A DNA stretch of 62,813 nucleotides, filler included, from Aduncisulcus paluster (Eukaryota), in NCBI GenBank assembly GCA_024181965.1. It is 7 parts of 7 records of this genome, joined end to end, with 100 filler letters (N's around TTAATTAATTAA, not from the genome) between each part and the next. Parts side by side here need not be neighbours in the genome. Positions count along the whole stretch, not along the records: positions 8,863 to 26,430 come from BQXS01000012.1; 6 more parts are not named here. One strand, 5' to 3'. The position numbers and the translations under genes were made by a program. Position 1 is the stretch's first letter, and every line of letters begins with the position of its first letter. Shown one piece after another: positions 11,106 to 22,528 of the stretch. A model generated the notes under the pieces. The model was not told the DNA's origin and ran no database searches. It saw nothing but the letters and a program-made list of their open reading frames with translations.

Positions 11106-12806
11106 TCACTTTTTCCCCAATTTCTTCTTCCACTCTTCGTATACTTTCAATTTGGCAGGCGATAATGAAGGATCGGTGTCTTCAAGTACATCCATAAAGT
11201 CTTTCATCGTGACAGGGACATCTGCTAGACTCTCTTTCTCCAGCCTTTCTTTAATACAAGTGAGGGAAAGACTTTCAAACTTATTTAAGGGCATCATGAA
11301 AGCCTCATGGCAAATCCCAGTGATATCGGCACAACTGTAACCTTCAGTGAGATCAGCAAGCTTATCAAAGTCGACATCGGAACTTATCTTGATACCTCCT
11401 TTGGAATGTGTAAAATCACCTGATGAATCGTCATCTGAGACATCTCCCTTCTCTGCCTCTTCTTTGGATTCTTTCTTGTCACTCTCTGTTTCTTTCACAA
11501 ATATAGACCGACGAGCATTCCTATCAGGCATTGGAATATACACACGCTTCTGGAAACGGCGCTTCATAGCATCATCGATATCCCATGGGAAATTAGTAGC
11601 TCCAATAACAATGACACGTTTATCGTCGTCGTTCGATAAACCTTCCATTTCTGTGAGGAATACTGACTTCAAACGACGAGAGGCTTCATGCTCGGAGCTT
11701 TTCCCACGTTGACTGACAAGGGCATCAACCTCATCAATGAAAATGATGGATGGGGCATAAAACCTAGCCATTTTAAACAATAAACGGGCGATAATCTCAG
11801 GTTCTCCACGGTATTTGGAGGCAAATGTCGATGTAGAAATGTTGAAGAATCTGGCTTCACTTGAGGTGGCCACAGCCTTAGCAAGCATGGTCTTTCCTGT
11901 TCCAGGAGGTCCATATAACAGCACGCCCTTCCATGGTTTACGTTTTCCAGTGAAGAAATCCTTCATAATGAGAGGAAAGATGGCAGCTTTTCGAAGAGCA
12001 AGCTTGGCATCTTCAAGACCAACAATCATCTCCCACGTGATACCTGGAGAGTGGTCCAATATTTCAAGCTCGATTTGTTCGACATATTGTTGATGTATGG
12101 ATATCTCGGCAACATATTTCTCTTCCCCATCTTCAGGGACAGGCCCAGAAACATCACCATAATCCATTCGACCCCCAATATGAGGGGCGGATTTCTTCTT
12201 CTCACCGCTGCCTGCTCTTGGAACGGCCCCCCCACGACCATTGGCAGCATATCCTCTCCCAGCAGAAGGCCCACTAGAAGCTCGAGGAGCAGCACGAGCC
12301 CTTACACCACCACCACTTCGACGTCTGTCAGACCGGTCATCGGATGGATCTTTAGATTTCACTGGACCATATGCACCACGTCTACCAATGTGACGAGGAT
12401 CATAATCATCTCGACGGACCGCAGGACGAGCATCACGGAATCCTGCTCCACCACTTTGTCTTCTTGGCTGACTTCCGTGACGAAAAGCTTGTTGAGGGGG
12501 CATGTGATGGGGTGCAGTTGAAGGTGGTTTATGTTGATATTGAGGTGATGAACTAATACTATCATGAGATGGTGGTACAGGATCACGACTTAATTGCTGA
12601 AGATTACCCTCCATTTCTTTAATAATTCTACATTCTTGTTGGATAATATCTTTCAATTTTTGACAGCTATCTTTCTCTTCCCCTTCAGGTAAAGTTCGAA
12701 GATATCGAAGTAAATCGGCCATAAATAGATCATAATTCGTTAGAGAATCACTAAAATAGCCAAATTTGGCTTGAATTCTGGCTTGTTTTAATAAAAAAGA
12801 AGCCAT
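11106..12806 (-). CDS. KATNA1: Katanin p60 microtubule-severing AAA ATPase
   Basis: N-terminal MIT-like helices and a disordered linker, then 'RKPWKGVLLYGPPGTGKTMLAKAVAT' (Walker A), 'IIFIDEVD' (Walker B), 'SEHEASRRLKS', 'GATNFPWDID.AMKRRFQKRVYIP' and a Vps4_C-like end. Confidence 0.9.
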   Translation of the reverse strand: MASFLLKQARIQAKFGYFSDSLTNYDLFMADLLRYLRTLPEGEEKDSCQKLKDIIQQECRIIKEMEGNLQQLSRDPVPPSHDSISSSPQYQHKPPSTAPHHMPPQQAFRHGSQPRRQSGGAGFRDARPAVRRDDYDPRHIGRRGAYGPVKSKDPSDDRSDRRRSGGGVRARAAPRASSGPSAGRGYAANGRGGAVPRAGSGEKKKSAPHIGGRMDYGDVSGPVPEDGEEKYVAEISIHQQYVEQIELEILDHSPGITWEMIVGLEDAKLALRKAAIFPLIMKDFFTGKRKPWKGVLLYGPPGTGKTMLAKAVATSSEARFFNISTSTFASKYRGEPEIIARLLFKMARFYAPSIIFIDEVDALVSQRGKSSEHEASRRLKSVFLTEMEGLSNDDDKRVIVIGATNFPWDIDDAMKRRFQKRVYIPMPDRNARRSIFVKETESDKKESKEEAEKGDVSDDDSSGDFTHSKGGIKISSDVDFDKLADLTEGYSCADITGICHEAFMMPLNKFESLSLTCIKERLEKESLADVPVTMKDFMDVLEDTDPSLSPAKLKVYEEWKKKLGKK

Positions 12807-12898
12807 ATGTAACCAAATAAGAAAAAAAATTTCAAATTCGATTTATCTTTAGATTTTGTCCGATTTTCAATTTTGATACATAATATTTTTTATTTTTT

Positions 12899-14834
12899 AT
12901 GTCTTTAGAGATCGATAAAATACTCAAAAATGGAATGGTATCATCTGATGACCCTTCCGATAAGTTTATGCAACTTCGAGAGAAAGTATGTGCTATTGAG
13001 ACTGATATACAGGCTCATTCTGTTACAATTGATCGTGTGCGTTCAGATCATTCCTATGTCAATGAAGAAATTCGTGGGATGAGGTCAGAGTTTTTTGAAG
13101 GTGTCGAAATGCTTGAAAGGGTTGTCCACAGTGTTATTCTTGAAGCTGGTGGAGAATTAAGTGATTATGCATCTGATTTGCGTGATGAATCGAAAGCCAA
13201 TAGTGCTGATCTTCGGTTATTGCATGATAACGTTCAATCAATAAGAAAAGAATTAAGAGAGTTAAAAAGGGATACTCATTCCAGAGATTCTCATGCTAAA
13301 AGTATTCGTGCAAGTGAATTTGAGTTCCCCATTGAAAAACTTCGGTCGAATGTTCTTTCTCAACTCTCTGCATATGATGGAGAAATTCAAGGTACATTCT
13401 CAAAATTCAAAGCCATGATCAAGACAATTCAACACGAAGCACAGATTCAATCGGCTGTAATCGCTGAAAGAAAGATGGAATTGGAGGAATTATATGATAT
13501 GTTCTCAGAGTATAAAGAAAAAGATTCTTCAGAAAGAATTACATCTTCTATGATTCGGGGAGACATGCAAGCCATGGTTCAACAATATGTGTCCGAGCTT
13601 GACTCTTCTCGAAGGAGGATTGATGATGTCGAGAGGTCTTTTTCCGAGGGGTCACGAGTCATCGATATGTTAAGGAAAAAACAATTAACAATGCATCAAG
13701 AATTATCTAAAAATACTTCCAAACTTGCCAGTATTCATGAGAAACATCAGAGAGTTGCCAGAACACTTTCTCAAGAAAAACATGAACTTGGTAAGCTTTT
13801 GAAAGAAGGTGGAATGAGAGTTGAAATGTTTGAAAGAGAAGCCAGAGAAACTGTTGCCATGAAATTTGTTCAGATGGAAGAAGAGCTTGAGATGACAAGA
13901 GACGAATGTAGAAAGTCAATTATGCAAGAGCAAACCCTTNNNNNNNNNNNNNNNNNNNNATATGTTAAGGAAAAAACAATTAACAATGCATCAAGAATTA
14001 TCTAAAAATACTTCCAAACTTGCCAGTATTCATGAGAAACATCAGAGAGTTGCCAGAACACTTTCTCAAGAAAAACATGAACTTGGTAAGCTTTTGAAAG
14101 AAGGTGGAATGAGAGTTGAAATGTTTGAAAGAGAAGCCAGAGAAACTGTTGCCATGAAATTTGTTCAGATGGAAGAAGAGCTTGAGATGACAAGAGACGA
14201 ATGTAGAAAGTCAATTATGCAAGAGCAAACCCTTCGAATGGAAGCTGAAGGAGAGAGAGACAAGCTTAGGCAACGGGTCGCAGAGCTTGAAAAAGAGGTC
14301 GCAAGTGCTAGAGCAGAAGAAGCCACGCAAGCAGAGAACAAAAAGCTTAAATCAATGGTTACTATGACAACAAAATCGATGGAAGAAATGCAGAGCAAGT
14401 ATAAAGGAGAGGTTGCAGATCTTCGAAAAGATATTCTTGTGCTCACCAGTAAGCTAGAAAAGGCCGTTCAAAGAGTTTTATTCCTTCGAAAAGAGATTAA
14501 TCAAAGTCGAGAGCGAGGAATTGATGAAAGTATAGAGCTTAGGAAAGAACAATTATCCGTGATCAAACAGAACAAAATCATGCTTGGCAAGGCCATGTTT
14601 GCACAGAAGGAGTTGTCGTCGTTGACAGAAACTTATAAGAAACTCACTCGAGATAAAGATCGTTTGGTAATGGAATTGAGAGAAGAAAAGGGATATAGTC
14701 GGATGTTAAACGCTCAATTAACCCGATTAAAGGGAGAAATACGGATTAAAGAGGCCATGGATGGTGCAGCAAGACAAAGAGCACAGGCAGAAGAGGTCGA
14801 AATGGATATGATTCGAGAATCGAGGATTGGTTAG
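12899..14834 (+). CDS. Long coiled-coil protein (~546 aa after removing the 295-bp gap-associated duplication)
   Basis: Heptad-rich helical sequence. The sequence from 13665 is repeated from 13960, and removing it joins ORFs 12899 and 13962 in frame. Confidence 0.75.
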
Positions 14835-15259
14835 GGGTTTCAAATTGTTTTATTATAAAGTTCAAATATTATAAATTACAAGAATAGTAGGTAGACATCC
14901 ACTTGTATTCCTTTATTGTTGAGTTATACCAATCGATTTCAATATGGGGAATATTGTATTATACGGGTGTTTGAAGCTGTTTTTGAACATTTCAATGGTT
15001 ATTTTTCAAAACTAAAAGTTTGTATGATTAGATATTGCCTTTTTATGGTGAAATTACTGCAGAAATCATCCAGTATGAATCATCAATTGTATTCGTCCAT
15101 TAGCGCTGAAAATAGCATTTTGGTGCATAGAAACTTGGATAAAATATATGCAATATATATTTTTATTTTAAAATTATTGTTTATTTTTGCAATAAATTAG
15201 TTTGTTTTGCAATGCACAAAACATGATTCTTTTTTTGTTCTTGACGCTATTAATAAGAA

Positions 15260-17197
15260 ATGGATCTTGAAAAGGGTTTAAAAAGAAAATTACAAAGAGC
15301 AAGAACAACTGGAGTTCTGGATTTGACAAATTTTGGCCTTGATAAACTTCCTACAGATTTGGAAGATTTTAATTCTGTATGTTATGAGGGACAACGTTGG
15401 TTTGAATTAGAACCATTGAAAAAATTAGAGTTAAGAGGAAACGAATTAAAAGATTTGCCCTCTACAATTGGAAATTTATTTGAAAGTCTTGAATATTTAG
15501 GTCTGGCAAGAAATCATCTCCATAGTCTTCCAGCACGCTTAGTAGAACTATCTAAATTGAAATTATTAGATTTATCTAACAATGATCTAAGAGGAGATCG
15601 TCTACCCAAAGACATATTTGCTCATTTTTCCCAGCTATCAGTACTTGATCTCACACATAATCCAATGCTGAGTACATTGCCCCCTTCAATATGTCTCCTT
15701 GAAGGATTAAACAAGATAAATCTTTCAAAGTGTGGAATTAGGGAACTTCCTCCTAAATTTGGTCTTCTTCTCTCTTCAGTCGTTTCTCTCGATCTTTCTC
15801 ATAATTTCCTCACAAAATTGCCCGATGAGATAGGGGCAATGGAATCTCTTCAAGAATTGAACGTTGAAAAAAACAATCTTGTTGAAATTAATCCTCATGT
15901 TGGAAAATGCAAGTCTCTCGTTCGTCTTAATGCTCGTTGCAATTGTATTCGTGATCTTGGACACGATTTATTGGCTCCAATGACACAATTAGCAGAATTA
16001 TATCTCGGTAACAATGCCCTTACTCGACTTCCCCGATCTCTTTATTCTCTTGCATGTCTCGGAACTCTTGATCTTTCTTCAAACAAACTAAAAACTATAT
16101 CAGCGTCAATTCAAAGGCTAACCCAGTTAAAAACTTTCGATGTTTCTTGCAATGATCTCCAAACACTTCCTCCGGAAATCTCGCTGTGTCCTGAGCTATC
16201 TCGAGTAATGATTGATGGGAATCCATTGCGTCAACTTAGAGTCAGTGCCGCATGCAAAGGAACACGGGAACTTTTGAGCCATTTAAGGAAGAGACTTGAG
16301 GTGGATCCCGATATCCATCATCAGGACTCCATCGCAAAGTCTGATGAGCTTCGGCGGAGGGTCAGGAGTGCCGCCTTACCTTTACAAGAAAAGGCTGACA
16401 GACCATTAGAAAAGAAAGAAGAAATTGAATTCGAAACAGATCTCGATTTCAAGGGCCTCGACTTATCAGTACTGCCAGATGGTGTTTTCGAGGAACGTGG
16501 AGCCCAGATGCAGGTTGCAAAGATCAATCTTAGCCGAAACAAGCTTACAGATTCAGGAATAAGGAGCTTTTCTGTCTGTATGGGTGATTTTGTGCGTCTT
16601 AAAGTTCTGGATATGAGTGCCAATTGTTTGGAAAGCTTACCCGATTCTATAGGAACATGTGCTGGACTTGAGGAATTATATTTGATGAAGAACAGGATTT
16701 CAAGAATTCCAGAGTCAATCACATCTTTGAGACGTCTTAAAATATTAGATATCAGTCAAAATGGTATGCCAGACTCTGTTATTTCTGACATAGACTTCAG
16801 TGCCATGACAGGACTTGCTCGTCTTGATTTATCCTTCAATCGACTCTCGTCATTTCCTTCAAAACTCACCAGCTGTTTGTCTATTCAAGTTATAAATGTT
16901 AGTAACAATCACATTGCCACTATTCCACCTTCTCTACATCTTTTACCAGTCCTTAGCGAGCTTGATGTATCAAACAATGATATTCGCATGCTTCCGCCTG
17001 AGCTTTCAAAGAGTCACAGTATTAAAACTCTCAAGGTGGAAGGAAATATCCTGAGACTTCTTAGACCAGCAATAATTGCAAGAGGAACAGAAGCTATCAT
17101 GGATTGGCTCAAAAAGAAACTCCCTGTTGATGAATCTGATGATTTGAGCGATAGAGATAGAAGGGATCGTGAAAGAAAGGCAAGAGGATTCTGGTGA
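15260..17197 (+). CDS. LRRC40: Leucine-rich repeat protein, LRRC40-like
   Basis: Two LRR blocks, each capped by 'GNPLRQLR...KGTRELLSHLRKR' or 'GNILRLLRPAIIARGTEAIMDWLKKKL'. N-terminus 'ARTTGVLDLTN...RWFELEPLKKL' as in LRRC40. Confidence 0.75.
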   Translation: MDLEKGLKRKLQRARTTGVLDLTNFGLDKLPTDLEDFNSVCYEGQRWFELEPLKKLELRGNELKDLPSTIGNLFESLEYLGLARNHLHSLPARLVELSKLKLLDLSNNDLRGDRLPKDIFAHFSQLSVLDLTHNPMLSTLPPSICLLEGLNKINLSKCGIRELPPKFGLLLSSVVSLDLSHNFLTKLPDEIGAMESLQELNVEKNNLVEINPHVGKCKSLVRLNARCNCIRDLGHDLLAPMTQLAELYLGNNALTRLPRSLYSLACLGTLDLSSNKLKTISASIQRLTQLKTFDVSCNDLQTLPPEISLCPELSRVMIDGNPLRQLRVSAACKGTRELLSHLRKRLEVDPDIHHQDSIAKSDELRRRVRSAALPLQEKADRPLEKKEEIEFETDLDFKGLDLSVLPDGVFEERGAQMQVAKINLSRNKLTDSGIRSFSVCMGDFVRLKVLDMSANCLESLPDSIGTCAGLEELYLMKNRISRIPESITSLRRLKILDISQNGMPDSVISDIDFSAMTGLARLDLSFNRLSSFPSKLTSCLSIQVINVSNNHIATIPPSLHLLPVLSELDVSNNDIRMLPPELSKSHSIKTLKVEGNILRLLRPAIIARGTEAIMDWLKKKLPVDESDDLSDRDRRDRERKARGFW

Positions 17198-17356
17198 AGC
17201 TAGATATTGATAGAATTATGACATAATCAATAATATTTCGTTGTTGAGAATCACCTTGATGATATATAAAATAAAGATCTATCGAAACTCTCTAATGTCA
17301 ATCCTAGTGATAATTGTATTTCTTAAACGATTTATCTGTATTTCTTAAATAACAAC

Positions 17357-17372
17357 GGTGTTGATAAACACC
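17357..17372 (-). promoter_or_regulatory. Histone mRNA 3' stem-loop candidate
   Basis: Minus strand GGTGTT-TATC-AACACC: 6-bp stem, 4-nt loop, GG/CC base, U-A closing pair, U at loop positions 1 and 3. It lies 63 nt downstream of the H2A stop. Confidence 0.65.
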
Positions 17373-17435
17373 ACTTATAAATTAAATGGTTTATACAAGT
17401 TTAATAACTTTTAAAGTATAGTTAAGCTAAGGAGC

Positions 17436-17861
17436 TTAGAGTTCTTGGCTCATGCCCTTACCCTTTCCTTTACCCTTACCCTTACCTTTTCCCTTACCTT
17501 TTCCTTTACCCTTTCCTCCCTTAGTAGCGGGACGGAGCTGAGGGTGGATGTATGGGAGAACACCACCACCAGGGATGATGATATCATCAAAGAGCTTACC
17601 CAACTCAGGATCGTTCTTAAGAGCGAGCATGATGTGTCTGGGGACAATACGCTGTCTGGTGTGTTGCTTGGCACAACGACCAGCAAGCTCGAGAACTTCA
17701 GCAACAACGTACTCAAGAACAGAGGCAAGGAAAACGGGAGCACCAGCACCAATACGGTCGGCATAACGTCCATCCTTCAAGAAACGGTGGATACGACCAA
17801 CGGGGAACTGAAGACCAGCACGGGCAGAACGGGACTTGGGAGCAGATTTAGAAACAGCCAT
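17436..17861 (-). CDS. H2AX: Histone H2A, H2A.X-type (C-terminal SQEL) with a (KG)10 tail
   Basis: ATG 17861 (MAVSKS). '[20 protein letters not shown]...[22 protein letters not shown]...RIVPRHI...GGVLPYIH'. Ends in (KG)10-MSQEL. Confidence 0.95.
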   Translation of the reverse strand: MAVSKSAPKSRSARAGLQFPVGRIHRFLKDGRYADRIGAGAPVFLASVLEYVVAEVLELAGRCAKQHTRQRIVPRHIMLALKNDPELGKLFDDIIIPGGGVLPYIHPQLRPATKGGKGKGKGKGKGKGKGKGKGKGMSQEL

Positions 17862-18495
17862 AGAAAAACTTTTTTCAAGAAGACTTATGGAGGCAAGAAA
17901 CGGCCAGAGCACTATCACGAAGTCAGAATTTATAGAAAAAATTACAATTATTTTGATTTGATATAATTTTTATAATTACCGATATAAATATTTTATGAAA
18001 ATAAATAAATAAATAAAAAAATTTATTATAAATATTAATAAATATTATTTATAGAGGATTTTATTACCATATTTTATCTGTTAAATCTTCTATTTTCAAA
18101 AATTTGAAAATTTCGTTCAAAAGATTCGTTATCATCAAATTCAACACTCATTTTTGCTTAAAAAATGTTTAAAAATGAAATATCTCATTGATCCAGAGTC
18201 AATGGATAAAATCTGGCAGGGATTTATTTCTGAACTACGGTCAGTGACCTCAACTTGAGGTCATTGATTGAATCAATAAATCATTATGATTGTGTAAAAA
18301 AGTCACACAATAAAGATATGACACAAAGATAAACAAAAATGCTGTAATATTCCTTCAAATTTGAAAAAAATATGATTTACAACAGAAAATTTGGGTAAAA
18401 CCAATAAGATCGAGATATTAAATACAATATAACCATATATAACCATATATAAACAATCTTTTAACAATATATACACACATTATTGAGTGATTTCA

Positions 18496-21400
18496 TTAAC
18501 GATAAGCAAACCTACCACTACTCAGCACTCTAGCCTTGATTCCACCAATGAGTGTCGAATCAACCATGAGGTCTTCAACACTAAGATGCATTCTGTAACG
18601 CCAGTAATGAGACACGATCTCTGGGTGTTGGATGGTCTCATCTTCGGCACCCTTGTAACATGACATGGGACTTAAGGTGAGCCAATCCTGTAGGGGAAAG
18701 ATGACGAGGAAAGCTGGGGAGAACATGTGCATGTCAATGATACGAGAAGCTGTGGCATGGTCAAGGGCGTTAGGGCAAGGGCCTTTCTCTCCGAGGAGAT
18801 CGTACCACATCTTATCACGTTGATGGCGAGAACCAGGTTGGATCCACCAAGCACGCAGATTGGCACAATCATGAGTTGATGTAGTAGCGACAACATCATA
18901 TGGGTAGTCATTTGGATGAGGAAGAACAATACTATCATCAGCAGGCATACGTTGAACACGAAGACCACATACGCGATGTTTCTGAAGTTTCTCGACAACG
19001 ACATCAGCAAGAAGACCTAAATCTTCACCGCATGGGAGCATTTTTGTTGCCTTGAGGATTGTTGACATCTTCTTGTCTGCCTCTACTCCCCAGATATCCT
19101 GATGATCTCTGTAGTAATAGTTGATCATCATTTTCTTCATCGCAGTCTGAATGTTGTGGGGAAGGTGTCGGAAGGAATGGGTCTGGTCAAGGTTGAAACG
19201 AGGGTGGAAGTGGTAATCGTGGATGTTAAGGTGATCGTTGTCCCACATCAATATGTAGTTGGTGGTGAGACTGATCAAACGATCCTTCAGAGATTCAAAA
19301 CGATCCTTCTCAGTTTCAGGATTGACACGAAGACCAAGCTTCTTAATGAGTTTCTTCTCAGAATTGACCTCGGTCTTGAACTTCATCAGAGCAACACCAC
19401 GGTAGTCACGTTTGCCATCATCATACTCAAACCACTCGTCAACGAAGAGGGGAACATCCTTCAAGAGCCCCTTTACATGGTCTTCGGGGAGGAAGGGTTT
19501 GCACAGACGGTGAATATCATGGATTCCAAGGNNNNNNNNNNNNNNNNNNNNACTGATCAAACGATCCTTCAGAGATTCAAAACGATCCTTCTCAGTTTCA
19601 GGATTGACACGAAGACCAAGCTTCTTAATGAGTTTCTTCTCAGAATTGACCTCGGTCTTGAACTTCATCAGAGCAACACCACGGTAGTCACGTTTGCCAT
19701 CATCATACTCAAACCACTCGTCAACGAAGAGGGGAACATCCTTCAAGAGCCCCTTTACATGGTCTTCGGGGAGGAAGGGTTTGCACAGACGGTGAATATC
19801 ATGGATTCCAAGGGAACGAAGATGGTCAACGTGGATGGGATGGCACTTTCTGAATCTGCCAGCGATTCCACCAACTCTGTCCTCTGGGATCTCCCAGATA
19901 CGGAACCAACCAAGGATGTGGTTGACACGGTAGGCAGAGAAGTAGTTGGAGAGTTGTCTGAAACGCTCAACCCACCATTGGTACCCATCTTTCTCCATGT
20001 TCTCCCAGTTGTAAGTGGGCATTTCCCAGTTATATCCATTACTGAAAGCATCTGGAGGAGCTCCTATCTGGGTGTCAAGCCTGAAGTAATCACGCCACCA
20101 CCAAGCATCGGCACCACGGGGACTCACTCCGACTGGAATATCAACCTTGAGAACAACTCCGAGGGAAGTGCAGTAATCTGTAGCAGCCTTCAACTGACGG
20201 TGGAGGTTGAACTGAAGCCAGAGGTGGAATTTGTACTCATCGAACAAAGAATGGGCAGGCATATCGAAGATGTCAGACAATGGGGATGGAAGTTCGCAAG
20301 AGAGAGGAGGGAGTTCCTTTTCGTCATCATCTTCAACACTAGCAGCATCAACGCTAATCTCTTCCTTCTTGACACCTTGTTCTTCAACATCGGCCTGATA
20401 TAACAAGGAGTCATCATCATCTTTTCTTTCTACTTCTTTCTCCCTCTTCAACTCAACGATAGCATCCTCCTCTTCTTCCTCTCCAAAACCTCTTGGGTTT
20501 CTTGCCCGAGACTGCCATCTCATGAAGTCACCAGTACCATAAGCCTCTTGAAGGGATTTGTAGAGACAGTAAGGTTTGAGCCAGAAAGGGTTGGCATCAA
20601 TGAACTCCTTGAACTCACCTTTAGTAATGTCAATCTCTCCTCTCTCTTCCAGACGCTCATAGATAAGACGTAAGTAGCGGAGCTTGTGGGCAAGAACAGC
20701 CTCATAATCGACAGCTGTGAGCTTGTCCAACTCTTTACCCTTGGAGATATACTCAGCCATCTCATAACCCTCCATGGGACCACAGTCAGGCACATTCATG
20801 TACAGGGGATGGAGAGCAAACACAGAGATAGGAGAGTATGGGTAGGTATCATGCCAATGGACTCCTTTCAAAGTGGTGTCGTTCACAGGGAGGACCTGTA
20901 ATAATCTGAGGTGACACTCATGACACCAATCTCCCATCTTTTTGAGAGCATTGAATTCTCCAACACCACATGACTCCTCAGTGCGAATGGAGAAGACGGG
21001 AATAACCATACCAGCGGCCTTAAAGGCTTCGGGGTCAGGATATCNNNNNNNNNNNNNNNNNNNNGACGTAAGTAGCGGAGCTTGTGGGCAAGAACAGCCT
21101 CATAATCGACAGCTGTGAGCTTGTCCAACTCTTTACCCTTGGAGATATACTCAGCCATCTCATAACCCTCCATGGGACCACAGTCAGGCACATTCATGTA
21201 CAGGGGATGGAGAGCAAACACAGAGATAGGAGAGTATGGGTAGGTATCATGCCAATGGACTCCTTTCAAAGTGGTGTCGTTCACAGGGAGGACCTGTAAT
21301 AATCTGAGGTGACACTCATGACACCAATCTCCCATCTTTTTGAGATCATTGAATTCTCCAACACCACATGACTCCTCAGTGCGAATGGAGAAGACGGGAA

Positions 21401-22145
21401 TAACCATACCAGCGGCCTTAAAGGCTTCGGGGTCAGGATATCTGAACATTCCACAGCGTACAACAGTCTTAGTGGTGTCGGTATTTAACAAAACAGACCT
21501 GTTCAAACCAGATTCCCACAAGGGAGTGCCATCGGCACCAATCAAGCAAATTTTGAATTCAACTATGCCGGAAATATCTCGGACATTCAATTTACCATAG
21601 AAGTAAGGGTATTCAGCATGAGAAAGGGAGAAACCAGCGGTGGATTCCCAAGAGCCAAGTTCATCAATAGAACCAACAACAATAACTTCATCATCGGGAC
21701 GAATGTAAGGAACGTATACAGAGAACTCTAATGTGGCAGTTTCATCCGAATGAGTGGAGTAAAGCTTCTTGAGAGGATCTTCAGGTGGACGTTTCATCAC
21801 AACACGAACAGCAGAGGACTTGGCTACGACGTCAGTGAAATATGTCTCAAAAATAAAACAATCGTTGAATTCAACGATAGAATCATTAGAAGAAATCATC
21901 AGTTTCCGGTTGTCGATTACATCCCAAATATGCTCATTTCCATTAGTCAACCAAAAATACTTAAATTCCAATTCAACATCTATTTCATTTGATATTTCAA
22001 ACTCTGCATAGAATTTATCTTTTCCAATTGGATAAAGTGGGATGCCAAGTTCTGGTTTCCACATTCCAAGTTGGAAGTGAGATCCCGAGAGAACTGGTCT
22101 CCCGTTTCTACCATTACAAGTCAGAAAAATTCGAATTTGACACAT
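18496..22145 (-). CDS. DPE2: 4-alpha-glucanotransferase (GH77, DPE2-type) with two N-terminal CBM20 domains; ~989 aa after removing the 282-bp and 398-bp duplications
   Basis: CBM20 motifs 'LSGSHFQLGMW' and 'VVGSIDELGSW...WESGLNR'. GH77 motifs 'AGMVIPVFSIR', 'QVLPVNDT', 'YPYSPISVFALHPLY', 'GAPPDAFS', 'YRVNHILGWFRIW', 'CGEDLG', 'STHD', 'HYWRYRMH'. Start taken as ATG 22145 (MCQIRIF). Confidence 0.92.
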
Positions 22146-22528
22146 TGAATCGTGTTGTGCCAAGTTATGTACGGAAGAAAAAAAAACACAAAAATTGAGG
22201 TATATCTATCTTTCTTATTATTGCTTCTCTGCTCAAATTATTATTGGTTGTTGGATTAATAGTATTTGAAACAATTAATTTTAATAAAATGAACTTCAAA
22301 TGGATATAGACATGAGTTATCTGGGTCCCAGATTCTGGGATGTATGTATTACACATGATGAGGGCAAAATTGTAATCTATTCCAAAATGAAAGTATGAGA
22401 TAAAATGAATTCTATCATCGTAATTGGAATTGCTATTTTTTCTCAGGGTCTAGAATGTGATTGTGAAACATAATTGGTGGGGGGAAAATTATCGATAAAA
22501 AAATCAATATTCCATGTTTTTGCATAAT

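Noticed and set aside
19102-20403. 433-aa plus-strand ORF (and similar antisense ORFs over H2A, katanin and cathepsin B)
   Set aside because: Antisense shadows of genes with strong codon bias; no independent protein features.
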